Assembly (NCBI GenBank): GCA_963713825.1
Contig: CAVQNG010000005.1
Span: forward strand, 160,001 to 224,000
Direction of reading: 5' to 3'
DNA length: 64,000 nt
Origin: an uncultured Acidobacteriota bacterium
Lineage (GTDB): Bacteria; Acidobacteriota; Thermoanaerobaculia; Multivoradales; JAHEKO01
A program made the position numbers and the translations under genes. The notes under the pieces were generated by a model. That model was not told where the DNA came from. It did no database searches and saw only the letters and a list, made by a program, of their open reading frames with translations. Positions 26,418 through 35,342 of this stretch are shown here, piece after piece; the first letter of the stretch is position 1, and the number at the start of each line of letters is the position of its first letter.

Positions 26418-27684
26418 ATCTCTTCGAGCTCGCGTCGCCGTGGTGGGTGCGGGCCCCGCTGGCATAGCAGCAGCGGCCATGGCGGCCGAGGCTGGGAGCA
26501 ACGTCGTGCTCCTGGACGAAGCGCCGAGCCCAGGTGGTCAGATCTGGCGGCCAGGGTCCCGAAGTCGGGTGCCACCTTCGGCCCGGCAGTGGCTCGATCG
26601 TCTGGGGCGATCTGGGGCTCGATTGATCTCAGAGGCCACGGTCGTCGATGCCGACTCTCCACTCAGACTTGTTGTCAGCCGTCGGCAGGAGCGCCTCGAA
26701 GTCCAGGCCGAACGCGTCATTCTGGCCACGGGTTCGCGCGAGCTGTTCCTTCCTTTCCCCGGTTGGACTCTACCCGGAGTTCTAGGTGTGGGCGGTGCCC
26801 AGGCCCTCTCCAAGACGGGCGTCAGATTTCGCGACCGGCGAGTGGCGATTGCCGGCTCCGGACCACTACTGCTACCGGTGGCGGCAGCCTTGGCACGAGA
26901 CGGAGCCCAGTTGATCACGGTTGCAGAGCAAGCATCTCGCAGGTCGGTCATGGGGTTTGCCCTGGGCCTGTGGCATCAGCCTTCGAAGCTCCTGGAGGCC
27001 GGGAGTTTACGGGCAGCCTTCGCGACTACCTCCTACCGGACAGGCGTCTGGGTGGAAAGGGCTCACGGAGCGGAGATGGTCTCATCCGTCACCCTCACAG
27101 ATGGCTCGCGGTCCTGGACTGAAGCCTGTGACATTCTGTGCAGCTCCTATGGGCTGGTGCCCAATGTGGAGCTGGCCCTGTGGCTGGGATGCGCGCTGCA
27201 GGATGGTGCTGTCAACGTGGATGACAACCAGGTCACGAATGTGGATGGGGTGTTGTGCGCGGGCGAGCCGACAGGCGTCGGCGGCTCCGACCTGGCCCTG
27301 GTCGAGGGACAGATCGCCGGATTGGTCGCAGTGGGTGAGCGCTCGACGCTCTCGAGCCTGAAGAGACGACGGGCGGCCCTGAAACGAATTGCCTCCCGCA
27401 TGGAGGAGAGCTTTCGGCCCAGGCCCGAGCTTCTGCACCGACTGGAGGGCACCACCACGGTTTGTCGATGCGAGGATGTGGGCTGGGATGAGCTCGACAC
27501 CGTGACCAACCTTCGGCAGGCGAAACTCTACACACGCGTCGGGATGGGACCCTGCCAGGGTAGGGTCTGTGGTGCGGCTTTGCAGCTGCTCAAGGGTTGG
27601 CGCGCCGACAAGGTTCGCTCACCCCTGAAGCCTTGCCGCGTCGGCGAGCTTCTGACGCAGGATTCGATTGGTGATGCTGGTTGA
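26410..27684 (+). CDS. FAD/NAD(P) oxidoreductase with C-terminal BFD-like Cys cluster (LhpF/HcnB-like alpha subunit)
   Basis: VVGAGPAG, ATGSRELFLPFPGWTLPGV, CRCEDV, GMGPCQGRVC. Confidence 0.88.
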   Translation: MTESLRARVAVVGAGPAGIAAAAMAAEAGSNVVLLDEAPSPGGQIWRPGSRSRVPPSARQWLDRLGRSGARLISEATVVDADSPLRLVVSRRQERLEVQAERVILATGSRELFLPFPGWTLPGVLGVGGAQALSKTGVRFRDRRVAIAGSGPLLLPVAAALARDGAQLITVAEQASRRSVMGFALGLWHQPSKLLEAGSLRAAFATTSYRTGVWVERAHGAEMVSSVTLTDGSRSWTEACDILCSSYGLVPNVELALWLGCALQDGAVNVDDNQVTNVDGVLCAGEPTGVGGSDLALVEGQIAGLVAVGERSTLSSLKRRRAALKRIASRMEESFRPRPELLHRLEGTTTVCRCEDVGWDELDTVTNLRQAKLYTRVGMGPCQGRVCGAALQLLKGWRADKVRSPLKPCRVGELLTQDSIGDAG

Positions 27685-27702
27685 CCTCGGAGGAGGGAAG
27701 TC

Positions 27703-30700
27703 GTGATGAGAAGCAATCGATGGTGGGTTCTATGTGTGGTCGGCTCGGCGCTGGTGGGAGGAGTTGGCTGGGCGGAGGAGCCAGCGACGAAGGGGCTGAT
27801 GACAGCAGAGACCTTCTCAGGGCTCGAGCTGCGCAATCTGGGGCCGGCGCTCATGTCAGGGCGGATCGCCGACATCGCCGTCCATCCCACTGATCGAAGT
27901 GTCTGGTACGTCGCCGTGGCTTCCGGTGGGGTTTGGAAGACGGTCAACTCCGGAACGACCTGGGAGCCCATTTTCGACGACCAGGTTTCCTTTTCCATCG
28001 GTTGCGTGACGATCGATGCCAAGGACCCGGAGACCGTGTGGGTCGGCACGGGTGAGAACAACAGCCAGCGTAGCGTCGGTTGGGGTGACGGGGTCTACAA
28101 GAGCAAGGACGGGGGCCAGACTTGGAAGCGCATGGGTCTCGAGCACTCCGAGCATATCGGCAAGATCCTGATCGATCCGCGGGACTCGAACGTCGTCTAT
28201 GTGGCGGCTCAAGGACCGCTCTGGGCTGCCGGCGGGGAGCGAGGCCTTTACAAGACCACCGACGGGGGAGAGAGCTGGGAGCAGATTCTCGAGATCAGCG
28301 AGAACACCGGTGTCTCCGATATCGTTCTGGACCCCCGGACCCCCGATACCCTGCTGGCGGCTTCCTTCCAGCGTAGGCGTCGCGTCTGGGCTCTCATTGG
28401 CGGCGGCCCCGAGTCCGCCATCTACAAATCCCAGGACGCAGGGGCCAGCTGGACGCGGTTGACGTCGGGGCTGCCGGAGGGGGATGTGGGACGGATCGGT
28501 CTTGCCGTCTCGCCCATCGACCCCGATGTCGTCTATGCGACGATCGCGGCCAAGGACGAGGAGAAGGGCTTCTATCGTTCCACCGACTTCGGGCAGAGCT
28601 GGGAGAAGCGCAGCGACTACGTGGCCATCGATCCTCAGTACTACGGCGAGATCTTTCCCGACCCGCACCGTTTCGATCGGGTCTATGCGATGGATGTCTG
28701 GATCCATTACACGGAGGATGGTGGCAAGAGCTTCAAGCCGCTGAATTCCCGCTACAAGCATGTCGATAACCACGTCATGGTCTTCGATCCCGAGGACCCC
28801 GATTACCTCATGGTTGGGAGCGACGGTGGAATCTACGAAAGCTGGGACCGGGGTGATCACTGGCGGTTCATCGACAACCTGCCGATTACCCAGTTCTACA
28901 GGGTCGGTATCGACAACGACGTCCCCTTCTACAACGTCTATGGCGGAACTCAGGACAACGATTCCGAGGGCGGGCCGTCACGCACCACGACGATTCACGG
29001 CATACGCAACAGCGACTGGATGATCACGGTGGGTGGCGATGGCTATCAGACCCGGGTGGACCCGGCAGATGCCAACATCATCTATTCCATGTGGCAGTAC
29101 GGAGGCCTGGTCCGCTTCGACAAGAAGAGTGGGGAGCGGTTGGACATCCAGCCCCAGCCGGAGCCGGGGGAGCCACCCCTCTATTGGCACTGGGACTCCC
29201 CGTTGATGATCAGTCCCCACTTGAACACCCGGCTCTACTTCGCTGGGAATCGGCTCTATCGAAGCGATGATCGCGGCGATTCCTGGCGTGCCGTCAGCCC
29301 TGATCTGACGCGAGGTATCGACCGCAATAGCCTCGAGGTCATGGGTCGGGTGTGGGGTGTCGATGCCGTCTGGAAGAACGTCTTCACTTCCTTTTACGGC
29401 AACATCGTGGCGCTGGACGAGTCGCCTCTCGTGGAAGGGTTGCTCTATGTGGGCACCGACGATGGACTCGTGCAGGTATCGGAGGATGGTGGTGAGTCCT
29501 GGCGGTCCATCAGCTCCTTCCCTGGCATCCCAGAGCGCACCTACGTCTCAGACGTGACGGCTTCACTGCACGATCCGGATACGGTCTTCGCCGCCTTCAA
29601 CAACCACAAGAGCGGTGACTTCACACCGTACTTGCTGGTGAGTGGCGATCGAGGTGCGTCCTGGCGGTCGATCGCCAGCAACCTGCCCGAAGGACAGGTC
29701 CTGTGGTCCGTCGTGCAGGATCACAAAAGCCAGAATCTGTTATTCGCCGGGACCGAATTTGGACTGTTCTTTTCTCGCGACGCAGGAGGTCGCTGGATTC
29801 AGCTGCAGGGTGGAATGCCTCCGGTCGCGGTACGGGACCTCGAGATTCAACAGCGGGAAGACGACTTGGTCGTCGGCACCTTTGGTCGTGGCATCCGGAT
29901 TCTGGACGACTATGCGGCGCTGCGGTTGGCGACGGATGAGCTGCTGGATTCTGAGGCTACTCTCTTTCCGGTGCGTCGGACGTGGGCCTATCTGCCGTCC
30001 GACCCCATGGGCTGGGGAGAGAAAGCCTCGCAGGGCGATGCATTCTTTGTGGCGCCCAACCCGCCTTTCGGAGCCGTGTTCACCTACTACTTGAAGGAGA
30101 GTCTCGGCACGCTCAAGCAGAGCCGCGAGGACCAGGAGGCGAGCAAGGTCGAGCAAGGCGAGCCGGTGGGTTATCCCAGTTGGGAAAGCCTGAGAGCCGA
30201 GGACCGGGAGGAGGCCCCCGCGATTCTGTTGACGGTACGGGATGCGGACGGTGCTGTTGTCGCTACTGTGGACGGCCCCGCTAGCGCGGGTTTCCATCGC
30301 GTGGCGTGGAATCTGCGCCATCCCTCGCTCGAACCGGTCGAGCTCGATCGGGAGCCAGCCATCTGGGAGGTTGATAGCGATGATGGTCCCTCCGGTCCGC
30401 CGGCCCTGCCTGGCATCTACACCGTAGAGTTGGCCAAGCGTGTGGGTGGGGGAGTCGTGCCCCTCAGCGAGCCACAGGCCTTCGAGACCGTACCGCTTGG
30501 GCTGGCGACGCTGGGAGCCGACGATCGGGCGGCGCTACTGGAGTTCCAGCAGCAGGCGATTCGCCTGCAACGTGCTGTCCTCGGCGCAGTGCAGGTGGTC
30601 GGCGAAACCGAGAACCGGCTGCGGCACCTCAAGGTTGCTGCCGATGGCACGCCGGGAGTCAGCCCGGAAATGGCACAGCGGGCCCGAGAGCTGGAGGGGG

Positions 30701-31002
30701 ATCTGGCTGACCTCGAACAGGAGTTGCGGGGTGATCAGACGGTGCGCAGCCGCAACGAGCCGGTCTCGCCCTCGATCGTCCAACGCATCAACCGGGTGGT
30801 GGAGGCACATTGGTCGTCCACTTCCGCTGCGACGGCTACCCACCGCCGAAACTATGAGATCGTAGCCATGCAATTCACGCCGGTTCTGGAGCGCTTGCGA
30901 CAACTCGTCGAGGTGGATCTGGAGGACCTCGAGCGCTCGCTGGAAGCTGCCGAAGCACCCTGGACACCTGGGCGGTCGGTCCCAGATTGGCAACCCGAAT
31001 AG
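27703..31002 (+). CDS. Secreted BNR/Asp-box (VPS10/sortilin-like) glycosyl hydrolase-like protein
   Basis: Signal peptide; many SxDGGxTW Asp-boxes; GPALMSGRIADIAV; GGTQDN. Confidence 0.92.
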   Translation: MMRSNRWWVLCVVGSALVGGVGWAEEPATKGLMTAETFSGLELRNLGPALMSGRIADIAVHPTDRSVWYVAVASGGVWKTVNSGTTWEPIFDDQVSFSIGCVTIDAKDPETVWVGTGENNSQRSVGWGDGVYKSKDGGQTWKRMGLEHSEHIGKILIDPRDSNVVYVAAQGPLWAAGGERGLYKTTDGGESWEQILEISENTGVSDIVLDPRTPDTLLAASFQRRRRVWALIGGGPESAIYKSQDAGASWTRLTSGLPEGDVGRIGLAVSPIDPDVVYATIAAKDEEKGFYRSTDFGQSWEKRSDYVAIDPQYYGEIFPDPHRFDRVYAMDVWIHYTEDGGKSFKPLNSRYKHVDNHVMVFDPEDPDYLMVGSDGGIYESWDRGDHWRFIDNLPITQFYRVGIDNDVPFYNVYGGTQDNDSEGGPSRTTTIHGIRNSDWMITVGGDGYQTRVDPADANIIYSMWQYGGLVRFDKKSGERLDIQPQPEPGEPPLYWHWDSPLMISPHLNTRLYFAGNRLYRSDDRGDSWRAVSPDLTRGIDRNSLEVMGRVWGVDAVWKNVFTSFYGNIVALDESPLVEGLLYVGTDDGLVQVSEDGGESWRSISSFPGIPERTYVSDVTASLHDPDTVFAAFNNHKSGDFTPYLLVSGDRGASWRSIASNLPEGQVLWSVVQDHKSQNLLFAGTEFGLFFSRDAGGRWIQLQGGMPPVAVRDLEIQQREDDLVVGTFGRGIRILDDYAALRLATDELLDSEATLFPVRRTWAYLPSDPMGWGEKASQGDAFFVAPNPPFGAVFTYYLKESLGTLKQSREDQEASKVEQGEPVGYPSWESLRAEDREEAPAILLTVRDADGAVVATVDGPASAGFHRVAWNLRHPSLEPVELDREPAIWEVDSDDGPSGPPALPGIYTVELAKRVGGGVVPLSEPQAFETVPLGLATLGADDRAALLEFQQQAIRLQRAVLGAVQVVGETENRLRHLKVAADGTPGVSPEMAQRARELEGDLADLEQELRGDQTVRSRNEPVSPSIVQRINRVVEAHWSSTSAATATHRRNYEIVAMQFTPVLERLRQLVEVDLEDLERSLEAAEAPWTPGRSVPDWQPE

Positions 31003-31048
31003 ACGGAGACAAGGAGCTCCCACTGAGTTCGAAATTGGTGACCTTCTA

Positions 31049-32686
31049 ATGCAGCACGTTCTACAGGCCTATCCGAGTCACCTGGTTCCTATCTTGGAAA
31101 CGGTCATGTTTCTTGTCGGGCTGCTGGTGCTGTTCTTGTGGCCGGACTCCTCGAGTCGATTCGCTGACAGGGTACTGACAAGCCTCGCGGGCATGGCGAA
31201 GTCGCCGATTCGAGTGATCCTCGCTGTGGGACTTCTGGCTGGACTCGGCAACGCGGCAACCACCCTGATGCAAGGGCCTCCCATTCCGGTGGTGAGCGAC
31301 GAGTGGAGCTACCTGCTCGCCACGGACACGTTTGCTTCGGGACGGGTCACCAATCCACCGAGTCCGCATCGGGCACTGGTGGGTGAAAACACCCTTGGAA
31401 CCCCTACCTACCAGTCGAAGTACCCCCCAGCGCAGGGATTGATGCTCGCTCTCGGCCAGCGCCTCGGTGGTCACCCTGTCGTGGGGCTGTGGCTGAGCGC
31501 GGCTCTACTGGCAGCGGCGGTTACCTGGTGTCTGCAAGCATGGGTCGGGTCGCAGTGGGCGCTGCTGGGCGGCATTCTTATCGCGGTTCGCCTGGGCGTG
31601 GGCTCCTATTGGAACCAGAGCTATTGGGGTGGGTCCATAGCCGCGATTGGCGGTGCTCTGGTGTACGGGGCGGTGCGGAGACTCACTCGAGTCGAGCGGC
31701 TGCGACTTCGCGACTCGCTACTGCTCGGGATCGGGCTGATGGTGCTCGCCAACAGTCGCCCCTTTGAAGGGATGCTCGCATCCTTGCCCGCCGCGTGGAT
31801 GCTGGCGAGTTGGTTCTTCCGATTGCCGCCCCCAGAGCGGCGACTGGCGACCGTGAAAGTGATCCTGCCTGTTGCCGTGCTGCTCTTTGTGACGATCATG
31901 GGTGTGGGTTACTACAACTGGAGGGTCACCGGTGACCCTCTGAAGATGCCCCACCTGCACTACAAGGAGATCTACGATCGTCCCAGTGAGTTCGTCTGGG
32001 AGCGACAACCCGGCGCCATGAGTCAGCACATCACCGTCGAAAGGACCGCAGAGGGGGAGGAGTCCGCCTGGTGGAGGATCGGACTGCGCAACGGGTGGCA
32101 CCGGATATGGCTGGTGTTGTTCCTGGTGTTGAGTCCGGCGCTGGCAGTGCCGTTGCTGTTTGGTGGGATGACTCTCCGGGATCGGTCTCTCCTACCACTG
32201 GCACTGGCCTGTGTCCTGGTCTTGCTGGGCCACTTCGCTTCCGACCAGTTCTACCCCCACTACTCGGCGCCTCTGACCGCTCCGATCTGGACCCTGGCCA
32301 TGGTGATTCTGGCGAGTGCATACAACTGGCGGTGGCGGGGGCAACGAGTGGGGGCTGGTCTGAGCCTGGTGGCGATCGGCTTGATCGTGGTGTCGTTTCT
32401 GGCCCAGATTCCGGCATTCCGACCCGACACCGACGCGCCGATCCGGGAGCGCCTGGCCTATCAGCAAGAGCTGGCTGACAGGCCAGGCCGACATCTGGTC
32501 TTGGGGCAGAGGAGTGTCATCTACAACTACAATCCTGCCGACCTCCGCGGCGCCGACGTGCTGTGGGCGGCGGACCTGGGGACCGAGCAGAATCGGCTGC
32601 TGATCGAGCTATTTCCCGAGTACGAGGTGTGGTGGTTGGAGATCTATGGCAGGTCGGTCGAGTTGCAGCCTTTCGAGCTGGAGTAG
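31049..32686 (+). CDS. Polytopic membrane protein, probable GT-C-fold glycosyltransferase
   Basis: Many TM segments; DEWSYLL acidic motif after the first TMs; SKYPP. Confidence 0.65.
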   Translation: MQHVLQAYPSHLVPILETVMFLVGLLVLFLWPDSSSRFADRVLTSLAGMAKSPIRVILAVGLLAGLGNAATTLMQGPPIPVVSDEWSYLLATDTFASGRVTNPPSPHRALVGENTLGTPTYQSKYPPAQGLMLALGQRLGGHPVVGLWLSAALLAAAVTWCLQAWVGSQWALLGGILIAVRLGVGSYWNQSYWGGSIAAIGGALVYGAVRRLTRVERLRLRDSLLLGIGLMVLANSRPFEGMLASLPAAWMLASWFFRLPPPERRLATVKVILPVAVLLFVTIMGVGYYNWRVTGDPLKMPHLHYKEIYDRPSEFVWERQPGAMSQHITVERTAEGEESAWWRIGLRNGWHRIWLVLFLVLSPALAVPLLFGGMTLRDRSLLPLALACVLVLLGHFASDQFYPHYSAPLTAPIWTLAMVILASAYNWRWRGQRVGAGLSLVAIGLIVVSFLAQIPAFRPDTDAPIRERLAYQQELADRPGRHLVLGQRSVIYNYNPADLRGADVLWAADLGTEQNRLLIELFPEYEVWWLEIYGRSVELQPFELE

Positions 32687-32706
32687 AGCCTCCAGGGGTT
32701 CGAGAC

Positions 32707-33462
32707 TCACTCCCAGCTGAGGGCCTGTAACCCGTCGACGAACTGCTGCGATTCCTCTGGCATGAAGGGCACATCGTGCTCGAAGAGGATGGCCCCCGGC
32801 CAGATGTAGTTGCCATAGTACTTGCGGATGGCCTTCGAGCTCATCGCCAGGCGTGTGCCCTCGAACGAAGCACCAGCGAACAATCCACTGGCCCTCGAGT
32901 AGATATAGATGTCCTCGGTCAGATCCTTGGCCGAGGTGATCCCAGCGGTGTCGCTGTAGGGTCCGGCGGCGACACTCAAATCGCCACCGAGCGCGAATTG
33001 GGGCTCTAGAATCGTCTTCGCTGCCTTTTCGGTGACGAGGAACATCATGATGTCACTGGCCTGATAGCCGAGCTGAAGTCCGAAGCTTCCTCCGCTGAGC
33101 TTCAGAAAGGCAGGAGGACTCCAGAGCCCTTCTTCGTTGCGACAGCTGATGACACCCGTTCCGTGGCGCCCTCCGAAAACCAACGCCGCCTCGTTGAGGC
33201 CAGGAAAGATAGCGACACATTCGGTGGCCTGGAGAATCGCTGCCGGAAGCCTCTTGGTCGGGCTCTGTAGCACTTCCTCGTAGACCCAGCGGGCGTTCCT
33301 GACCTTGCCTACCTGTTTGTCGCCGGCCTGGACCGACTGGGCTAGGAGACTCGCAAGCAGCACAACCATGAGAGCGATAGGCACTCGACTTCGATCGGCG
33401 CGACCCCGGGTCGGCAGGCCATTGGGAATCGTCTTCAAACGGTCTCTCATCGTCGTCTCCAT
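32707..33462 (-). CDS. Lipid-binding SYLF/Ysc84 domain protein
   Basis: GGRHGTGVISCR, WSPPAF, GGSFGLQLG, YSRASGLFAGASFEG; AGGAG RBS. Confidence 0.9.
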   Translation of the reverse strand: METTMRDRLKTIPNGLPTRGRADRSRVPIALMVVLLASLLAQSVQAGDKQVGKVRNARWVYEEVLQSPTKRLPAAILQATECVAIFPGLNEAALVFGGRHGTGVISCRNEEGLWSPPAFLKLSGGSFGLQLGYQASDIMMFLVTEKAAKTILEPQFALGGDLSVAAGPYSDTAGITSAKDLTEDIYIYSRASGLFAGASFEGTRLAMSSKAIRKYYGNYIWPGAILFEHDVPFMPEESQQFVDGLQALSWE

Positions 33463-33551
33463 AGCTTCTCCTGGGGATCCGCCCAACTCTACATCGAGTC
33501 GCACCTGAACCCCACCCATTCAATGCCCGGAGCACGGCGCGGTGTGTTCCG

Positions 33552-34433
33552 TCATGAAGGAGAGGAGATGCGTTCCTTGAAGTAGCCTGCGGCGTTGGCA
33601 AGTTGCCAGATTCCGAGCAGAGCCAGCGCTGTGGTGCGCTTCTTCAGCGGTAGCTCCTTCAGCGGCTGCCGCAACATCCCCGGCAAGCGTCGATGGAAGA
33701 CGGCGTCGTCACGCAGCTGGCCGGAGCCCCGCTCGGCCCGAAGGCGATGGTAGTGGTGAGCTCCGCGGCCATAGGTGAAGTGCTGTCTCCAGTACCTTTG
33801 AAGGCTCGCCGGGCGCGCGTGAATCAGGTGTGCCTCGGGAACATAGAGCAGATCGTGTCCCAGGTGACGCCAGCGATCGCACAGTTCCCGATCCTCCGAG
33901 GCGCGGGGAAAGAACTGGGGATCGAAACCACCGACATCCCGCAGCAGCTCTGCAGAGATCGCCATGTTGTTCGATGGAAAGAAGCTGGCACCCTGGCCGG
34001 ATTCGTTGTAGAAGCGATGGACGGCGTCGAAGATCAACTGATTGGTTTCGGAATAGGGGTCCCCGGGTTGCTGCGTGGTGCGTCCCCCGATCAGGGCCTC
34101 GGGGTGCTCCTCGAGCGCCGACTCGAGCGCTCGAAGCCATTCTCGGTCGATGAGGCAGTCGTCGTCGGTGAAGGCGATGAACCGCCCTCGTGCGGCTGCC
34201 AAACCCAGGTTGCGAGCCGGACCAGGTCCAGCGTTTTCCTGTCTGAGCACGGTCAACTCGAGGCGATCTCTCCAGGGCTTCAGCTGGGGCTCCAACGGTT
34301 CGGGAGTACCGTCGTCGACGACAAGGACCTCGAATTCGTCACCAGGTGGATCGACTTCGACTAGCGTGTCCAGACAATTGCGAAGCTGGTCGGGCCGGCC
34401 GTAGGTTGGAATGATGATGGAGAAGGTCAGCAT
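33552..34433 (-). CDS. Glycosyltransferase family 2
   Basis: SIIIPTY, VVDDG, GPGPARNLG, FTDDDC, GGFD, SEDRELC. Confidence 0.92.
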   Translation of the reverse strand: MLTFSIIIPTYGRPDQLRNCLDTLVEVDPPGDEFEVLVVDDGTPEPLEPQLKPWRDRLELTVLRQENAGPGPARNLGLAAARGRFIAFTDDDCLIDREWLRALESALEEHPEALIGGRTTQQPGDPYSETNQLIFDAVHRFYNESGQGASFFPSNNMAISAELLRDVGGFDPQFFPRASEDRELCDRWRHLGHDLLYVPEAHLIHARPASLQRYWRQHFTYGRGAHHYHRLRAERGSGQLRDDAVFHRRLPGMLRQPLKELPLKKRTTALALLGIWQLANAAGYFKERISSPS

Positions 34434-34497
34434 CGCTCTGGAGGGGCAGCGTAGCACGGTGAAATGTCAGCCAAACGAGGCTACTGACGAAAAATCC

Positions 34498-34526
34498 TTG
34501 CCAAGGAGTCGGTGCGGGAATATGGT
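34498..34526 (+). promoter_or_regulatory. Putative sigma70 promoter for the FmdB gene
   Basis: TTGCCA-N17-TATGGT; AGGAG RBS follows. Confidence 0.5.
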
Positions 34527-34554
34527 TTGAGGGTATTGCGTTAGGAGTTGCGTC

Positions 34555-34782
34555 ATGCCTATGTACGAATACATCTGCAAGAGTTGTGACCACCAGTTCG
34601 AGATTCTGCAGCGCATGGGAGAGGGGGCCGAGGGCCTATCTTGTCCCAAGTGCGGTGAGAAGCGCGTCGAGAAGCAGTTCTCGACCTTTTCCAGTAGCGG
34701 TCCAAGTACCCCCACGTCGGCTGGTTTCAGTGCCGGTGCCGGTTGCGGCGGCGGCAGCGGCAGCGGCTTCAGCTGAGCGTAG
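34555..34782 (+). CDS. FmdB-family zinc-ribbon protein; candidate selenoprotein (TGA 34774-34776 read as Sec, true stop TAG 34780-34782)
   Basis: MPMYEYICKSC...CPKCG; Gly/Ser tail GCGGGSGSGFS then TGA GCG TAG; SECIS-like hairpin follows and selC lies 130 bp downstream. The CDS itself is confident; the Sec readthrough is inferred. Confidence 0.85.
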
Positions 34783-34817
34783 TGAATGAGCGGCCCGGCG
34801 GGCCGCTGAACTTTCAC
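34782..34817 (+). promoter_or_regulatory. Bacterial SECIS-like stem-loop
   Basis: Upper stem AGCGGCCC/GGGCCGCT with apical loop GGC beginning 20 nt after the UGA; lower stem GTGAA/TTCAC. Confidence 0.6.
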
Positions 34818-34911
34818 CACCTCCATCGGAAACAGAGTCGTCACGGGACTAGGCACTGCCTAGTTGGTGACTCTGTCGGGGAGAAGAGGTGTGATGGGCT
34901 AGAATCCACCC

Positions 34912-35011
34912 GGAAGCGCTCAGGGGCTGGTGCCTCTCGCGGTCTTCAAAACCGTAGTCCCGCGCCGGTGTCGGCGAGGGGGGTGGGTTCGATTCCCATG
35001 CGCTTCCGCCA
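34912..35011 (+). tRNA. selC: tRNA-Sec (UCA)
   Basis: 8-bp acceptor GGAAGCGC/GCGCTTCC; 6-bp D-stem AGGGGC-TGGT-GCCTCT; anticodon loop CTTCAAA; long variable arm; 5-bp T-stem with TTCGATT loop; G discriminator and encoded CCA; TAGAAT -10 element upstream. Confidence 0.97.
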
Positions 35012-35071
35012 CTGTCTTTCCCCCGCAAGCATGTCGATGGTCAATTCCCTCTTGGAGGTCGGCTGACTGTT

Positions 35072-35159
35072 GCGTGGGAATCGAACACGGAGGGGCAGGT
35101 ACGGGTGGTGCAGTGTAGGCGACCGTCAGGAGCCAACCCAGCTCGCTGAGCGCTTGCGC
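35072..35159 (-). pseudogene. Degenerate inverted copy of selC
   Basis: Minus strand begins CGCAAGCGCTCAG (vs CGGAAGCGCTCAG), retains D-arm and anticodon-arm similarity, and ends GTTCGATTCCCACGC (vs GTTCGATTCCCATGC) at near-identical spacing; the acceptor 3' strand is lost. Confidence 0.65.
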
Positions 35160-35203
35160 GAAGCGGCCAGAAGGCACAGTTCGTCCCGAGGTCGCGGGCG
35201 ACC

Positions 35204-35226
35204 TCGGTTCCCATGCGCTTCCGCCA
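35204..35226 (+). repeat. Direct repeat of the selC 3' end (att-like site)
   Basis: TTCCCATGCGCTTCCGCCA at 35208-35226 is identical to 34993-35011 (22/23 with the preceding 4 nt); followed by AT-rich TTTGTTTTCAATAACT. Confidence 0.88.
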
Positions 35227-35342
35227 TTTGTTTTCAATAACTCAGGTAGTTTTCGGTTGTTCTGTGAGCTGCCTCACTGAGCTCCTCTCCCAATACAATT
35301 GGGGCGGGTCGAGCTGTGAATTACCCGATGAGGAGCCGTGCC

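Noticed and set aside
25052-27684. Hydrogen cyanide synthase hcnABC or opine oxidase
   Set aside because: The subunits are homologous, but coupling to a two-Cys proline racemase-family gene favours D-hydroxyproline dehydrogenase
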